From positions 1 through 45,153 of the forward strand of contig JBBDRK010000027.1 of NCBI GenBank assembly GCA_040905465.1: DNA of 45,153 nt, given 5' to 3'. Source of the stretch: Trueperaceae bacterium. GTDB taxonomy: Bacteria; Deinococcota; Deinococci; Deinococcales; Trueperaceae. Every line of letters starts with the position of its first letter. The first letter of the stretch is position 1. This document shows positions 31,781 through 39,981 of the stretch, one piece after another. The notes beneath the pieces are model-generated. The model did no database searches. It was not told the origin of the DNA and worked only from the letters and a program-made list of their open reading frames with translations. The position numbers and the translations under genes were made by a program.

Positions 31781-33214
31781 ATGGCCGCGATCACCGGAAA
31801 CCGGCCCGAGAACGAGCGGGCGCCGGCTCCGGCGGAACTGGTGCGCTGGCACGCGCGCAGACGGTGGGCCCGCGCCGGGCTCGTGTACACCGTCATGCTC
31901 GCCTTCGCCGTCCTCTTCCTGGGACCGCTGCTGCTGGCGTTCGTCTCGTCGCTGCGGGTCGATCCGCTCTCCTACCCGCCCACGCTCAATCCGCCGCAAC
32001 TGTGGCCGCGAAACTGGGTGGCGGCGGCGAACCTCGGCGCGGCTGGTGCGGACGACGCCTGGTTCGGCGGCTTCGCCCCGGGAGCGTCGGTCTCGTTCGA
32101 GGTGACCTATCTGGTCGCCGATGGGAACGAGTTCGAATCGCCCGAGGCGACGATTCCCAGGCGCCGGCCGGCAGGGCTGGGCGCTACCCGCCGCATCGTG
32201 TACGCCGCCGATCACGCCTCGTTGAGCGCCCCCGTGCTGGTGGAGAGCCGTCCGGCGGACCCGGAAGCAGGCGACGCCGGCTCAGCCGGCACCCTGCTCA
32301 CCTACCGGCTGGAGGTGCGCTACCCGAACGACGGCCCCACCGTGGCCAAGCTTCCGCTCGACGTCACCGCCGTGGCCGGCATGCGGTACGAGAGTTCGAC
32401 GCTGAGCGCCAGCCGGCTCGAGCGCCGCGGCCGCGTGGCCTCGTTCGACAACATCGTTCCCGGGGCGCTGGGCTACGTGTTCCACAACTATCGCCGGGTA
32501 TTCGACGAGGTGCGCGCGCCCGGTTCCGAGGAGCGTCTCTTCCTCCTGTGGTTCAGGAATACTTTCGTGTTCGCCTTCTGGCGCATTGTCGTCACCCTCG
32601 CCATCGCGTCGCTGGCAGGCTACGCCCTGGCGCGCCTGCGCTTCGCCGGCAAGGAGCTGATCTTCGTTCTGGTGCTGTTCGCGCAGATGATCCCCGACCA
32701 GCTCCTGTTCATCTCCAACTACCTGGTGTTGCGCGACGGGATCTGGGGCCTGTCGCGACTGTGGGGACAGGCGACCCTGCTCAACTCGATGACCGGGCTG
32801 GTCTTCGTGACCGCCCTGAATGCCGCCGGCGTGTTCATCATGAAGCAGTTCTTCGAGACTATCCCGCGCGAGGTCGAGGAAGCGGCCATGATCGACGGAG
32901 CCTCACAGTGGGGACGCTTCTGGCGGGTGGTGCTGCCGATGGGCAGGCCGGCCCTGGGCGCGCTCACCATCCTTACCTTCCAGGGCGCCTGGAACGATTT
33001 CTTCTGGCCCCTGATCGTACTGACCTCGCCGGAGACGCAGAAGACGCTGCCGGTGGGACTGCTCTCTTTCCGCAACACCTACGGTGGCGCAGTCGGTGAC
33101 TGGGGACTGATTCTCTCCGGAGCCGTCCTTTCGGCCGTGCCGGTCATTGTCCTGTTCGTGGTCTTCCAGCGCTACTTCCTGGAGGGGGTCGCGGTGGGGG
33201 GAACCAAGGGCTGA
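31781..33214 (+). CDS. Carbohydrate ABC transporter permease (MalG-like) with a large extracytoplasmic insertion
   Basis: AGYALARLRF.G, EEAAMIDGA, WNDFFWPL, FQRYFLEG. About 190 aa of hydrophilic sequence follows TM1. Confidence 0.92.
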   Translation: MAAITGNRPENERAPAPAELVRWHARRRWARAGLVYTVMLAFAVLFLGPLLLAFVSSLRVDPLSYPPTLNPPQLWPRNWVAAANLGAAGADDAWFGGFAPGASVSFEVTYLVADGNEFESPEATIPRRRPAGLGATRRIVYAADHASLSAPVLVESRPADPEAGDAGSAGTLLTYRLEVRYPNDGPTVAKLPLDVTAVAGMRYESSTLSASRLERRGRVASFDNIVPGALGYVFHNYRRVFDEVRAPGSEERLFLLWFRNTFVFAFWRIVVTLAIASLAGYALARLRFAGKELIFVLVLFAQMIPDQLLFISNYLVLRDGIWGLSRLWGQATLLNSMTGLVFVTALNAAGVFIMKQFFETIPREVEEAAMIDGASQWGRFWRVVLPMGRPALGALTILTFQGAWNDFFWPLIVLTSPETQKTLPVGLLSFRNTYGGAVGDWGLILSGAVLSAVPVIVLFVVFQRYFLEGVAVGGTKG

Positions 33215-33283
33215 GCCGCTTACGGTTAACCTGAGCCTCGGCGCATCGCACACCTCTTTCGAAGTGGACAGGCATCGGAACCC

Positions 33284-35161
33284 ATGGACTTCAGCAAGAA
33301 CATCGCTTTAAAGGAAAACTACACCTTCCTGGTGACCGACGCCGCCGGCCAGGTCGCCGGCGGCGAGCGAGGACTGTACGACCGAGACACCCGCTTCCTG
33401 TGCCGCTACCGCTGGAGCTTCGCTCCCGAAATGCAGACGCTCCTGCTCCACTCGCCGCGGCCCGACCGGCTGCTGGTCCATCACGCGCTGCTCGGCCACC
33501 ACCAGCAGTTCGTGGCGGTGAGGCGCGAGGTGGAGCTCGAGTCCGCTGGGCTGCACGACCGATTGCTGATCGAGAACAGCGGGCGTGAAGCGCGTGAGCT
33601 GACAATCGAGCTGGAGTTCGGCAGCGACTTCGCCGACCTGTTCGAGGTGCGCGGCTGGAGCCACCTTGACCGTTCAATCGTCCAGCAGGTCGCTGAAAGC
33701 TCGGTACGACTCGGCTACCGTGCCCGTGACGGCCTCGACCTTGCCGTGGAGCTCTACTTCACGGTCGCCCCCGACCGGCTCGAGGCCGGCAAGGCGAGCT
33801 TTCGGATGACGCTCGAGCCGGGTGACGAGCGGCTGCTCGAGGTAGAGGTCCGGCTGTCGACGCCGCTGGAGCGCTCGTTCGCCAGGCCGGGCTATCCCGA
33901 GTGGCGTCAGCGGTTCGGGGGACTGGCGATTCCTCCCGGCCGCAAGCCGGTGGTAACGCGGGCGATAGACGATCTGCGTGCCCTGCTCCTGTTCACCGAG
34001 AACGGACCGGTTCCCGCGGCGGGCATCCCCTGGTTCGTGGCGGCGTTCGGGCGCGACGCGCTTCTAACGGCGGCGATGATGCTGCCGCAGGCGCCGGAGG
34101 TCGCAGAAGGCACGTTGCGCTACCTGGCGGCGCGGCAAGGGACCCGGTTCGACTCGTTCGGCGCCGAGGCGCCGGGCAAGATAATGCACGAGCTGCGCTT
34201 CGGAGAGTTGGCCAGGACCGGCGAGGTTCCGCACTCCCCTTATTACGGCACGGTCGATGCTACCCCGCTGTTCGTGGTGCTGCTGGAGCGCCTGTGGCGG
34301 GCAACCGGCGACCTGGCGCCGGTGCTGGAGCTGCAGCCGCAGTGGACGGCGGCGCTGGACTGGATGCAAGGCGCCGCCGATCCGGACGGCGACGGGTTTT
34401 TGGAGTTCAGCGCCGCGGAGCCCGGCCAGGGACTCACCGTGCAGTCGTGGAAGGACTCGGCGGACTCGATGAGCCATGCCGACGGCTCGCTCGCTGCCGG
34501 CGCGCTGGCGGTGGCGGAGGTGCAGGGCTACGCCTACGAGGCCTACCGGGCTGCTGCGGCCTTTCATCTGGCACTGGGGGACGAGTCCGAGTCGCGCCGC
34601 TGGCAGGCAACGGCTGAGCGGCTCAGGGCACACTTTCACACGGCCTTCTGGCTCGACCACCTGGGAACCTACGCCCTGGCGCTGGACGGCGCCAAGCGCC
34701 CGCTGGCGGTACACAACTCCGACGCCGGCCAATTGCTGTGGAGCGGAGTCGTGCCCGAGGAGGTGGCGCCGCGACTGGTGGCCACTCTGTTCTCCGACGA
34801 GAACTGGAGCGGCTGGGGGTTCCGCACGTTGGGAAGCAACGAGAACCGTTACAACCCGGTGTCGTACCACAACGGCTCGGTGTGGCCGCACGACAGCGCG
34901 CTTATCGCCGCCGGCCTGGCGCGCTACGGCTTCTCGCGAGAGGCGCGCACCGTCGCCGAGGCCCTGCTCGACCTGGCGGCCTCACAGAGCGATCTGCGGC
35001 TGCCCGAACTGGTCGGCGGCTACCCGCGTACTTACAACGACAGCGTGCCGTCCGGGAGCGTCGGCGCCGGGCTCGAGCCGCCGGTGCCCTATCCTGTAGC
35101 GTGCCGGCCCCAGGCCTGGGACGCGGCCGCCGTCCTGTCGCTGCTGAGCCTGCTCGACTGA
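33284..35161 (+). CDS. Amylo-alpha-1,6-glucosidase-like glycoside hydrolase (glycogen-debranching N-terminal domain plus (alpha/alpha)6 domain)
   Basis: GLY.RDTRFL, DFADLFEVRG, AGIPWF...FGRD, PGKIMHE.R, YYGTVDATPLF, QSWKDS, YHNGSVWPHD, RLPEL, PQAW. Confidence 0.9.
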   Translation: MDFSKNIALKENYTFLVTDAAGQVAGGERGLYDRDTRFLCRYRWSFAPEMQTLLLHSPRPDRLLVHHALLGHHQQFVAVRREVELESAGLHDRLLIENSGREARELTIELEFGSDFADLFEVRGWSHLDRSIVQQVAESSVRLGYRARDGLDLAVELYFTVAPDRLEAGKASFRMTLEPGDERLLEVEVRLSTPLERSFARPGYPEWRQRFGGLAIPPGRKPVVTRAIDDLRALLLFTENGPVPAAGIPWFVAAFGRDALLTAAMMLPQAPEVAEGTLRYLAARQGTRFDSFGAEAPGKIMHELRFGELARTGEVPHSPYYGTVDATPLFVVLLERLWRATGDLAPVLELQPQWTAALDWMQGAADPDGDGFLEFSAAEPGQGLTVQSWKDSADSMSHADGSLAAGALAVAEVQGYAYEAYRAAAAFHLALGDESESRRWQATAERLRAHFHTAFWLDHLGTYALALDGAKRPLAVHNSDAGQLLWSGVVPEEVAPRLVATLFSDENWSGWGFRTLGSNENRYNPVSYHNGSVWPHDSALIAAGLARYGFSREARTVAEALLDLAASQSDLRLPELVGGYPRTYNDSVPSGSVGAGLEPPVPYPVACRPQAWDAAAVLSLLSLLD

Positions 35162-35258
35162 GTCCGGCCGATCCCCTGACGCTGACCGACGTGATACACG
35201 GGGCCGGCTCAAGGTCCGTTTGGGCCGGAAGCGCCTTGCCGGTAGTTCCGAAAGCCGC

Positions 35259-36221
35259 TCACTCGCGCTGCGGATCGGTCTTCAAGACCCCCGGCTTGGG
35301 AAGGTCCTTGCGCCGCCCGCTGAGCAGCGACGCCCCGATGCTGACCACCAGAATGGCGACGATGACGACGAGGCTCACCCAGGTCGGCGGATGGAAGAAC
35401 CCGCTGCTGAGCATCTTGAGACCGACGAAACTTAGGATCGCGGCGAGGCCGTACTCCAGGTAAACGAAGCGGTCGATGATGCCGGCAAGCAGGAAGTAGA
35501 GGCTGCGCAGTCCCAGGATCGCGAAGATGTTGCTGGTGAACACGATGAACGGCTCGCGTGTGATCGCGAAGATGGCCGGGATGCTGTCGACCGCGAAGAC
35601 GACATCGGTAGCCTCGACCACCACCAGAACCAGGAGCAACGGGGTGGCGGCCAGGCGGCCCGCCTCGCGCACGAAGAAACGCGAACCGTGGTAACGCTCG
35701 GTGAGCGGAACGAACCGCCGCACCAGCCGCAGCACCGGGTTGCGCTGAACGTCGACCAGTTCGTCGTTGTTGCCGAACAGCAGCCGCAGGCCGGCGAACA
35801 GCAGGAAGGCGCCGAAGACGTAGATGATCCAGTGGAAGCTCTCCAGCAACGCGACACCGAGGAAGATCATGAGGCCGCGCATCACCAATGCGCCGAGGAT
35901 GCCCCAGAACAGCACCCGGTGCTGGTAGCGAGCGGGTACCGCGAACGCCGAGAACAACAGGACGAAGACGAAGATGTTGTCCACCGACAGCGAGTACTCG
36001 ATCAGGTAGCCGGTCAGGAACTCCAGAGCGAACTGCGGCCCGGCCCAGAAGAAGAGGCCGACGTTGAACAGCAGGCCCAGACTCACCCAGAAGGCCACCC
36101 AGTAACCCGCCTGGCGGACCGAGATAACGCGCTCCCTGCGGTTGAACACGCCCAGGTCCAGCGCCAGCATGGCCAGCACGAACACCAGGAACCCCACCCA
36201 GAACTGAACCGGTACTTCCAC
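35259..36221 (-). CDS. TerC/Alx family Mn-related membrane protein
   Basis: LALDLG, GYLIEYSLSVDNIFVF, QHRVLFWGILGA, DVVFAVDSIPA, SNIFAILGLR. GGAGG RBS before GTG 36221. Confidence 0.95.
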   Translation of the reverse strand: MEVPVQFWVGFLVFVLAMLALDLGVFNRRERVISVRQAGYWVAFWVSLGLLFNVGLFFWAGPQFALEFLTGYLIEYSLSVDNIFVFVLLFSAFAVPARYQHRVLFWGILGALVMRGLMIFLGVALLESFHWIIYVFGAFLLFAGLRLLFGNNDELVDVQRNPVLRLVRRFVPLTERYHGSRFFVREAGRLAATPLLLVLVVVEATDVVFAVDSIPAIFAITREPFIVFTSNIFAILGLRSLYFLLAGIIDRFVYLEYGLAAILSFVGLKMLSSGFFHPPTWVSLVVIVAILVVSIGASLLSGRRKDLPKPGVLKTDPQRE

Positions 36222-36260
36222 GAAACGACCTCCTGACACGCCATCTCCGAGTGGAGTCTG

Positions 36261-36372
36261 GCCGTCAGGTCTCGCTGCTGTTCTCGCGCACCGGGCTCCT
36301 TGTCAGAAGGCCGTGTTGACGATGCGCAACCCCGATTCGTGTCCGGGTGGCTACTCCCCTGCTATTGACGGC
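36261..36372 (-). ncRNA. yybP-ykoY manganese riboswitch
   Basis: Minus strand GCCGUCA..AGGGGAGUAGC...CGUCAACAC...CCGGU...AGCGAGACCUGACGGC matches the consensus blocks and sits directly upstream of an Alx-type terC. Confidence 0.9.
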
Positions 36373-36420
36373 ATCATATACGGTTGCCAGCACCGCCCGT
36401 GTCGGTCGGCGCGGGCCTCG

Positions 36421-37140
36421 CTACGGGCTCGCGGCAACGGGCATGGTTCGCAGCAGCGCCCTTACCAGAGCCTTGGCACGACCGGCGGCCAACAGGGTGA
36501 ACTCACGAAACGACACCTCGGCGTCGTGATCGGCATTGTCGCTGATCGAGCGAATGATCACGAACGGAAGCCCGGCACGTGCACACACCTGTGCCACGGC
36601 CGCACCCTCCATCTCCACGCAGCTCGCCCCGAAACGTTCACGCAACGAAGCGGTGCGGTCGCGATCGGCGACGAACTGATCGCCGGACGCTACCCGCCCC
36701 CTCTCGACTCTCACGTCTGTGAGCTCGGCGGCGGCGGCAACGGCCAGGTCGATCAGGGCAGGATCGGACGGCCAGGCGAGCGGCTCGCCCGGAATCCGGC
36801 CGGGTTCGTATCCGAGAGCGCTCACGTCTACGTCGTGTTGGACGGCGTCGCTCGCCACTACGATATCGCCGACGTCCAGCCCGGGATCGAGCGCTCCGGC
36901 GACACCGGTGAAGATTAGCGCCCGGGGCTGCTCGAGCGCCATCAACTGAGCCGTGGCCGCGGCGTTGACCTTGCCTATCCCACAGAGGCCCAACAGCACG
37001 TGCCGGCCCTCCAGCCGTCCGGAGTGAAGATCGTGCCCGGACACTCGCCGGTCGCTGCGCTCCTCGAGGACCTCGAGCAGCGCAGCGAGCTCCTCGGCCA
37101 TCGCTCCGAGTATCGCTATCGGCCCGTCCGGAGAGGTCAT
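36421..37140 (-). CDS. mtnN: 5'-methylthioadenosine/S-adenosylhomocysteine nucleosidase
   Basis: ILGAMAEE, GIGKVNAA, FTGVAG, QHDVD, SGDQF, EMEGAAVAQ, RSISD. Start ATG 37140. Confidence 0.96.
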   Translation of the reverse strand: MTSPDGPIAILGAMAEELAALLEVLEERSDRRVSGHDLHSGRLEGRHVLLGLCGIGKVNAAATAQLMALEQPRALIFTGVAGALDPGLDVGDIVVASDAVQHDVDVSALGYEPGRIPGEPLAWPSDPALIDLAVAAAAELTDVRVERGRVASGDQFVADRDRTASLRERFGASCVEMEGAAVAQVCARAGLPFVIIRSISDNADHDAEVSFREFTLLAAGRAKALVRALLRTMPVAASP

Positions 37141-37193
37141 AACGCCGGCGACCTGCCCTCTGACAACTGCCGTTCGACGACTACCTAATGACA

Positions 37194-37221
37194 AGGACGC
37201 CCCGTTCGAGCGGAGCGTCCT
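37194..37221 (-). terminator. Hairpin downstream of the HU gene
   Basis: AGGACGC-CCG...CGG-A-GCGTCCT imperfect stem about 15 nt after the HU stop. Weak U tract. Confidence 0.5.
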
Positions 37222-37236
37222 CTCGCGTCGTCTCGG

Positions 37237-37515
37237 TTACTGGACGCTGTCCTTGAGGCCCTTGCCCGGCTTGAATGCCGGATACTTGCTCGCGGGAATC
37301 TCGATACGGTCAGTAGTACCGGGCTTGACGCCGCTGCGGGCCTTGCGCTCGCGCACCTCAAAGGTACCGAAGCCCGTAAGCTGCACTTTCTCGCCGCCCT
37401 TGAGCTGGGTGGTGACGTGTCCCAGCATGCCGTCGATCACGGCCTTGACGTCCTTCTTGCTCATGCCGGTCTCTCCAGCAATCTGATCGACGAGGTCTGC
37501 CTTTGATACTGCCAT
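37237..37515 (-). CDS. hup: HU family DNA-binding protein
   Basis: SKADLVDQIA, VQLTGFGTF, R.AR.G..P.T...I.IPA...P.FKPGK.LK. AAGGAGG RBS before ATG 37515. Confidence 0.97.
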   Translation of the reverse strand: MAVSKADLVDQIAGETGMSKKDVKAVIDGMLGHVTTQLKGGEKVQLTGFGTFEVRERKARSGVKPGTTDRIEIPASKYPAFKPGKGLKDSVQ

Positions 37516-37783
37516 TGAGTCCCTCCTTTCGAGAACTGTCCTAAGGTACCAGCGTCCAACGCGATTTGGCAAGTGGTTGACGGGCGTTTTTCCCGTTTCT
37601 CATGCGAAATCAGCAGTCCTTGTGACATATGCCGCACAAATCCGAGGTCGCCGAATCGGGTCCGTACTGCGTGGTGCACGCAATACGGCGCTATCTGCGG
37701 CAAATACGGCTCCTTCGCCCGATGTAACGGCCACTACACCGCGGCGACCCTCGAAAAACGCTCTCTGACGCACGCCGGCGCGT

Positions 37784-38311
37784 TCAACGAGGCGTGGCGT
37801 TGAACACGAGGCGCCCGAGGAACGCTCCCACCACCAGGGCCGGAACCACCAACGCCAACGACAGCAGGTCCGGGCTTCGTTGCTGGACGATTCCCACCAC
37901 CGTTACCGAGACCGCCAGCAGGCTGCCGCCTATTACGCTTACCAGCGGTGCCCGCGCCACCTCCCGACGCATGAACCAGAGGGTGGCGAAATACCCGAGC
38001 ATCAGATAGAACCCCGCTCCGATCAGGCTCTCGGCCAGCCCAGGCTGTCCTTCGACCGGCGCCACGCTCTGCAGAGCGATGAAGAACACGGTTACCGCCG
38101 CGAGAACGCCGGCGAACCTCCCCGGAACCCGGCCTCGCGAAGCAGGCTTCTTTTCGCTTTGGTCATCGCCAGTGGTCCGCTTCGGTTCGCTCTTCGCGCG
38201 ACTGCGGCGTAACTGCCGAAGCCGGGATTTGCGCTCCTCCCGTCGCTTCGCCTTCTCCTTGTCCTGTTTCTTGTCCTGTTTCTCCTGTGCCCGCCGGAAC
38301 TGTCTGTTCAT
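37784..38311 (-). CDS. Hypothetical membrane protein with a highly basic N-terminus and four TM helices
   Basis: MNRQFRRAQEK... K/R-rich for about 60 aa, then four hydrophobic segments. Leaderless TATGCT-N6-ATG. Confidence 0.82.
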   Translation of the reverse strand: MNRQFRRAQEKQDKKQDKEKAKRREERKSRLRQLRRSRAKSEPKRTTGDDQSEKKPASRGRVPGRFAGVLAAVTVFFIALQSVAPVEGQPGLAESLIGAGFYLMLGYFATLWFMRREVARAPLVSVIGGSLLAVSVTVVGIVQQRSPDLLSLALVVPALVVGAFLGRLVFNATPR

Positions 38312-38462
38312 TTCTCAAGCATAGGCTCTGGCCGAGGCGCCCGCCAAGACGACCCGCCTGGAACCGCGGCACCGGTTCGTCACGAGAGTTCTCTGCGCGC
38401 AAGGTACCATTGCTGCCGGACCGCTCCCTCACGTCTGTCGGAGCGGAAGGGAGGTGTGGAGC

Positions 38463-39854
38463 ATGGCCGAGACCACAGCTCGCGATGAATCGCTCGCGAA
38501 CCTGGCGGAGCTCATCGCCGCCAGACGCTTCCATGAACTGCGCCAGCGGCTGGTGGCGTTCGACCCGCCGGACCTCGCCGACATCATCATCGCCCTGGCG
38601 TCGGACGACGAAGCGATAGTGTTCCGGTTGCTGCCAAAGCGTCTGGCGACGCTTACGTTCGAGCACCTCCCTTTCGACGCCCAGGAGGGGCTGCTGAAGG
38701 GTCTGGGAGATCACGACGTGGCGTCGATTCTCGACGACATGTCGCCGGACGACAGGACCGCCTTGCTCGAGGAGTTGCCCGGCAAGGTGACCAAGCGGAT
38801 GCTGAACCTGCTCTCCCCCGAAGAGCGGAAGGTTGCAACGCAGCTTCTCGGCTATCCCGAGGAAAGCATCGGGCGCCTGATGACACCGGACTGGGTGGCG
38901 GTGAAGCCGCAGTGGAAGGTCCGCGAAGCGCTCGAGCACATCCGCCACTTCGGACGTGACAGCGAGACTTTGAACGTGGTCTACGTGGTGGCCAAGGGCG
39001 GCACTCTGGTAGACGACTTGCGCATGCGGGAACTGCTGCTGATCGATCCCGAAGCGCACATCGAGGACCTGATGGACAGTCAGTTCGTGGCCTTGAAAGC
39101 CAGCGACGATCAGGAGGAGGCGGTGGCGGTGTTCCGCCGCTTCGACCGCACCGCCCTGCCTGTGGTCGACAGCGAGGGCATCCTGGTCGGCATCGTCACA
39201 GTCGACGACGTGCTGGACGTAGCCGAGGCGGAAGCGACCGAGGACTTCCACAAGCTGGGCGCGTCTGCGGCCCTGGACGAGCCCTACCTGACCATCCGCC
39301 TGGGCAAGATGATCCGCAAGCGCTCGGTCTGGCTGATCCTGCTCTTCTTCGGCCAGATGCTCACGACGAGCGCCATGGGCCACTTCGCCGAAGAGATCGA
39401 CCAGGCGCTGGTGCTCACCCTGTTCTTGCCACTCATCATCTCCAGCGGCGGCAACAGCGGTTCGCAGGCGGCAACTCTCACCATTCGCGCACTCGCCGTT
39501 GGCGAAGCGAGGCTCGAGGACTGGTGGCGGGTGGCACGCCGCGAGCTGGGGTCGGGCCTGGCGATCGGAGTCGTAATGGGTGGCCTGGGTTTCCTGCGGG
39601 TAGCGATCGGCGAATGGAGCGGCGAAGACTACGGCGGGGCCTGGCCCTACGTCGGGCTCACCATCTGGTTGTCCCTCCTGGGAGTAGTGATGTGGGGCAC
39701 ACTGATGGGCGGACTGCTTCCCCTGTTTCTGAAGCGCATGGGGGTCGACCCGGCAACGTCGTCGACGCCGTTCGTTGCCACGCTGGTGGATGTGACCGGA
39801 ATAGTGCTCTACTTCTCGATCGCCACGGTCGTGCTGCGCGGAGTCCTGCTGTAG
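38463..39854 (+). CDS. mgtE: Magnesium transporter MgtE
   Basis: MSPDDR, LL.YPEES.GRLMT, CBS pair, GGNSGSQ, DPA..S.PF..T..D. Confidence 0.96.
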   Translation: MAETTARDESLANLAELIAARRFHELRQRLVAFDPPDLADIIIALASDDEAIVFRLLPKRLATLTFEHLPFDAQEGLLKGLGDHDVASILDDMSPDDRTALLEELPGKVTKRMLNLLSPEERKVATQLLGYPEESIGRLMTPDWVAVKPQWKVREALEHIRHFGRDSETLNVVYVVAKGGTLVDDLRMRELLLIDPEAHIEDLMDSQFVALKASDDQEEAVAVFRRFDRTALPVVDSEGILVGIVTVDDVLDVAEAEATEDFHKLGASAALDEPYLTIRLGKMIRKRSVWLILLFFGQMLTTSAMGHFAEEIDQALVLTLFLPLIISSGGNSGSQAATLTIRALAVGEARLEDWWRVARRELGSGLAIGVVMGGLGFLRVAIGEWSGEDYGGAWPYVGLTIWLSLLGVVMWGTLMGGLLPLFLKRMGVDPATSSTPFVATLVDVTGIVLYFSIATVVLRGVLL

Positions 39855-39859
39855 CCGGG

Positions 39860-39943
39860 CCGGTTGTCGGAGTTTCACGATCGGTCGTCGGAGGTTCACT
39901 GCCGGTCGCCGGAGTTTTACGTCCAGCGGTCGGAGTTTCACGA
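39860..39943. repeat. Intergenic tandem array of four 21-bp units, core CGGAGTTTCAC
   Basis: CCGGTTGTCGGAGTTTCACGA / TCGGTCGTCGGAGGTTCACTG / CCGGTCGCCGGAGTTTTACGT / CCAGCGGTCGGAGTTTCACGA. Confidence 0.88.
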
Positions 39944-39981
39944 CCGGCGGCAAGCACGGCATGACCTTGCTACACTCAGCC

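Noticed and set aside
33211..33224. Third LacI operator before the glycosidase (CTGAGCCGCTTACG)
   Set aside because: Only the right half-site matches, and there is no clear associated promoter.
39860..39943. Possible CRISPR array
   Set aside because: The units are contiguous 21-mers without spacers, and there are no cas genes in the window.
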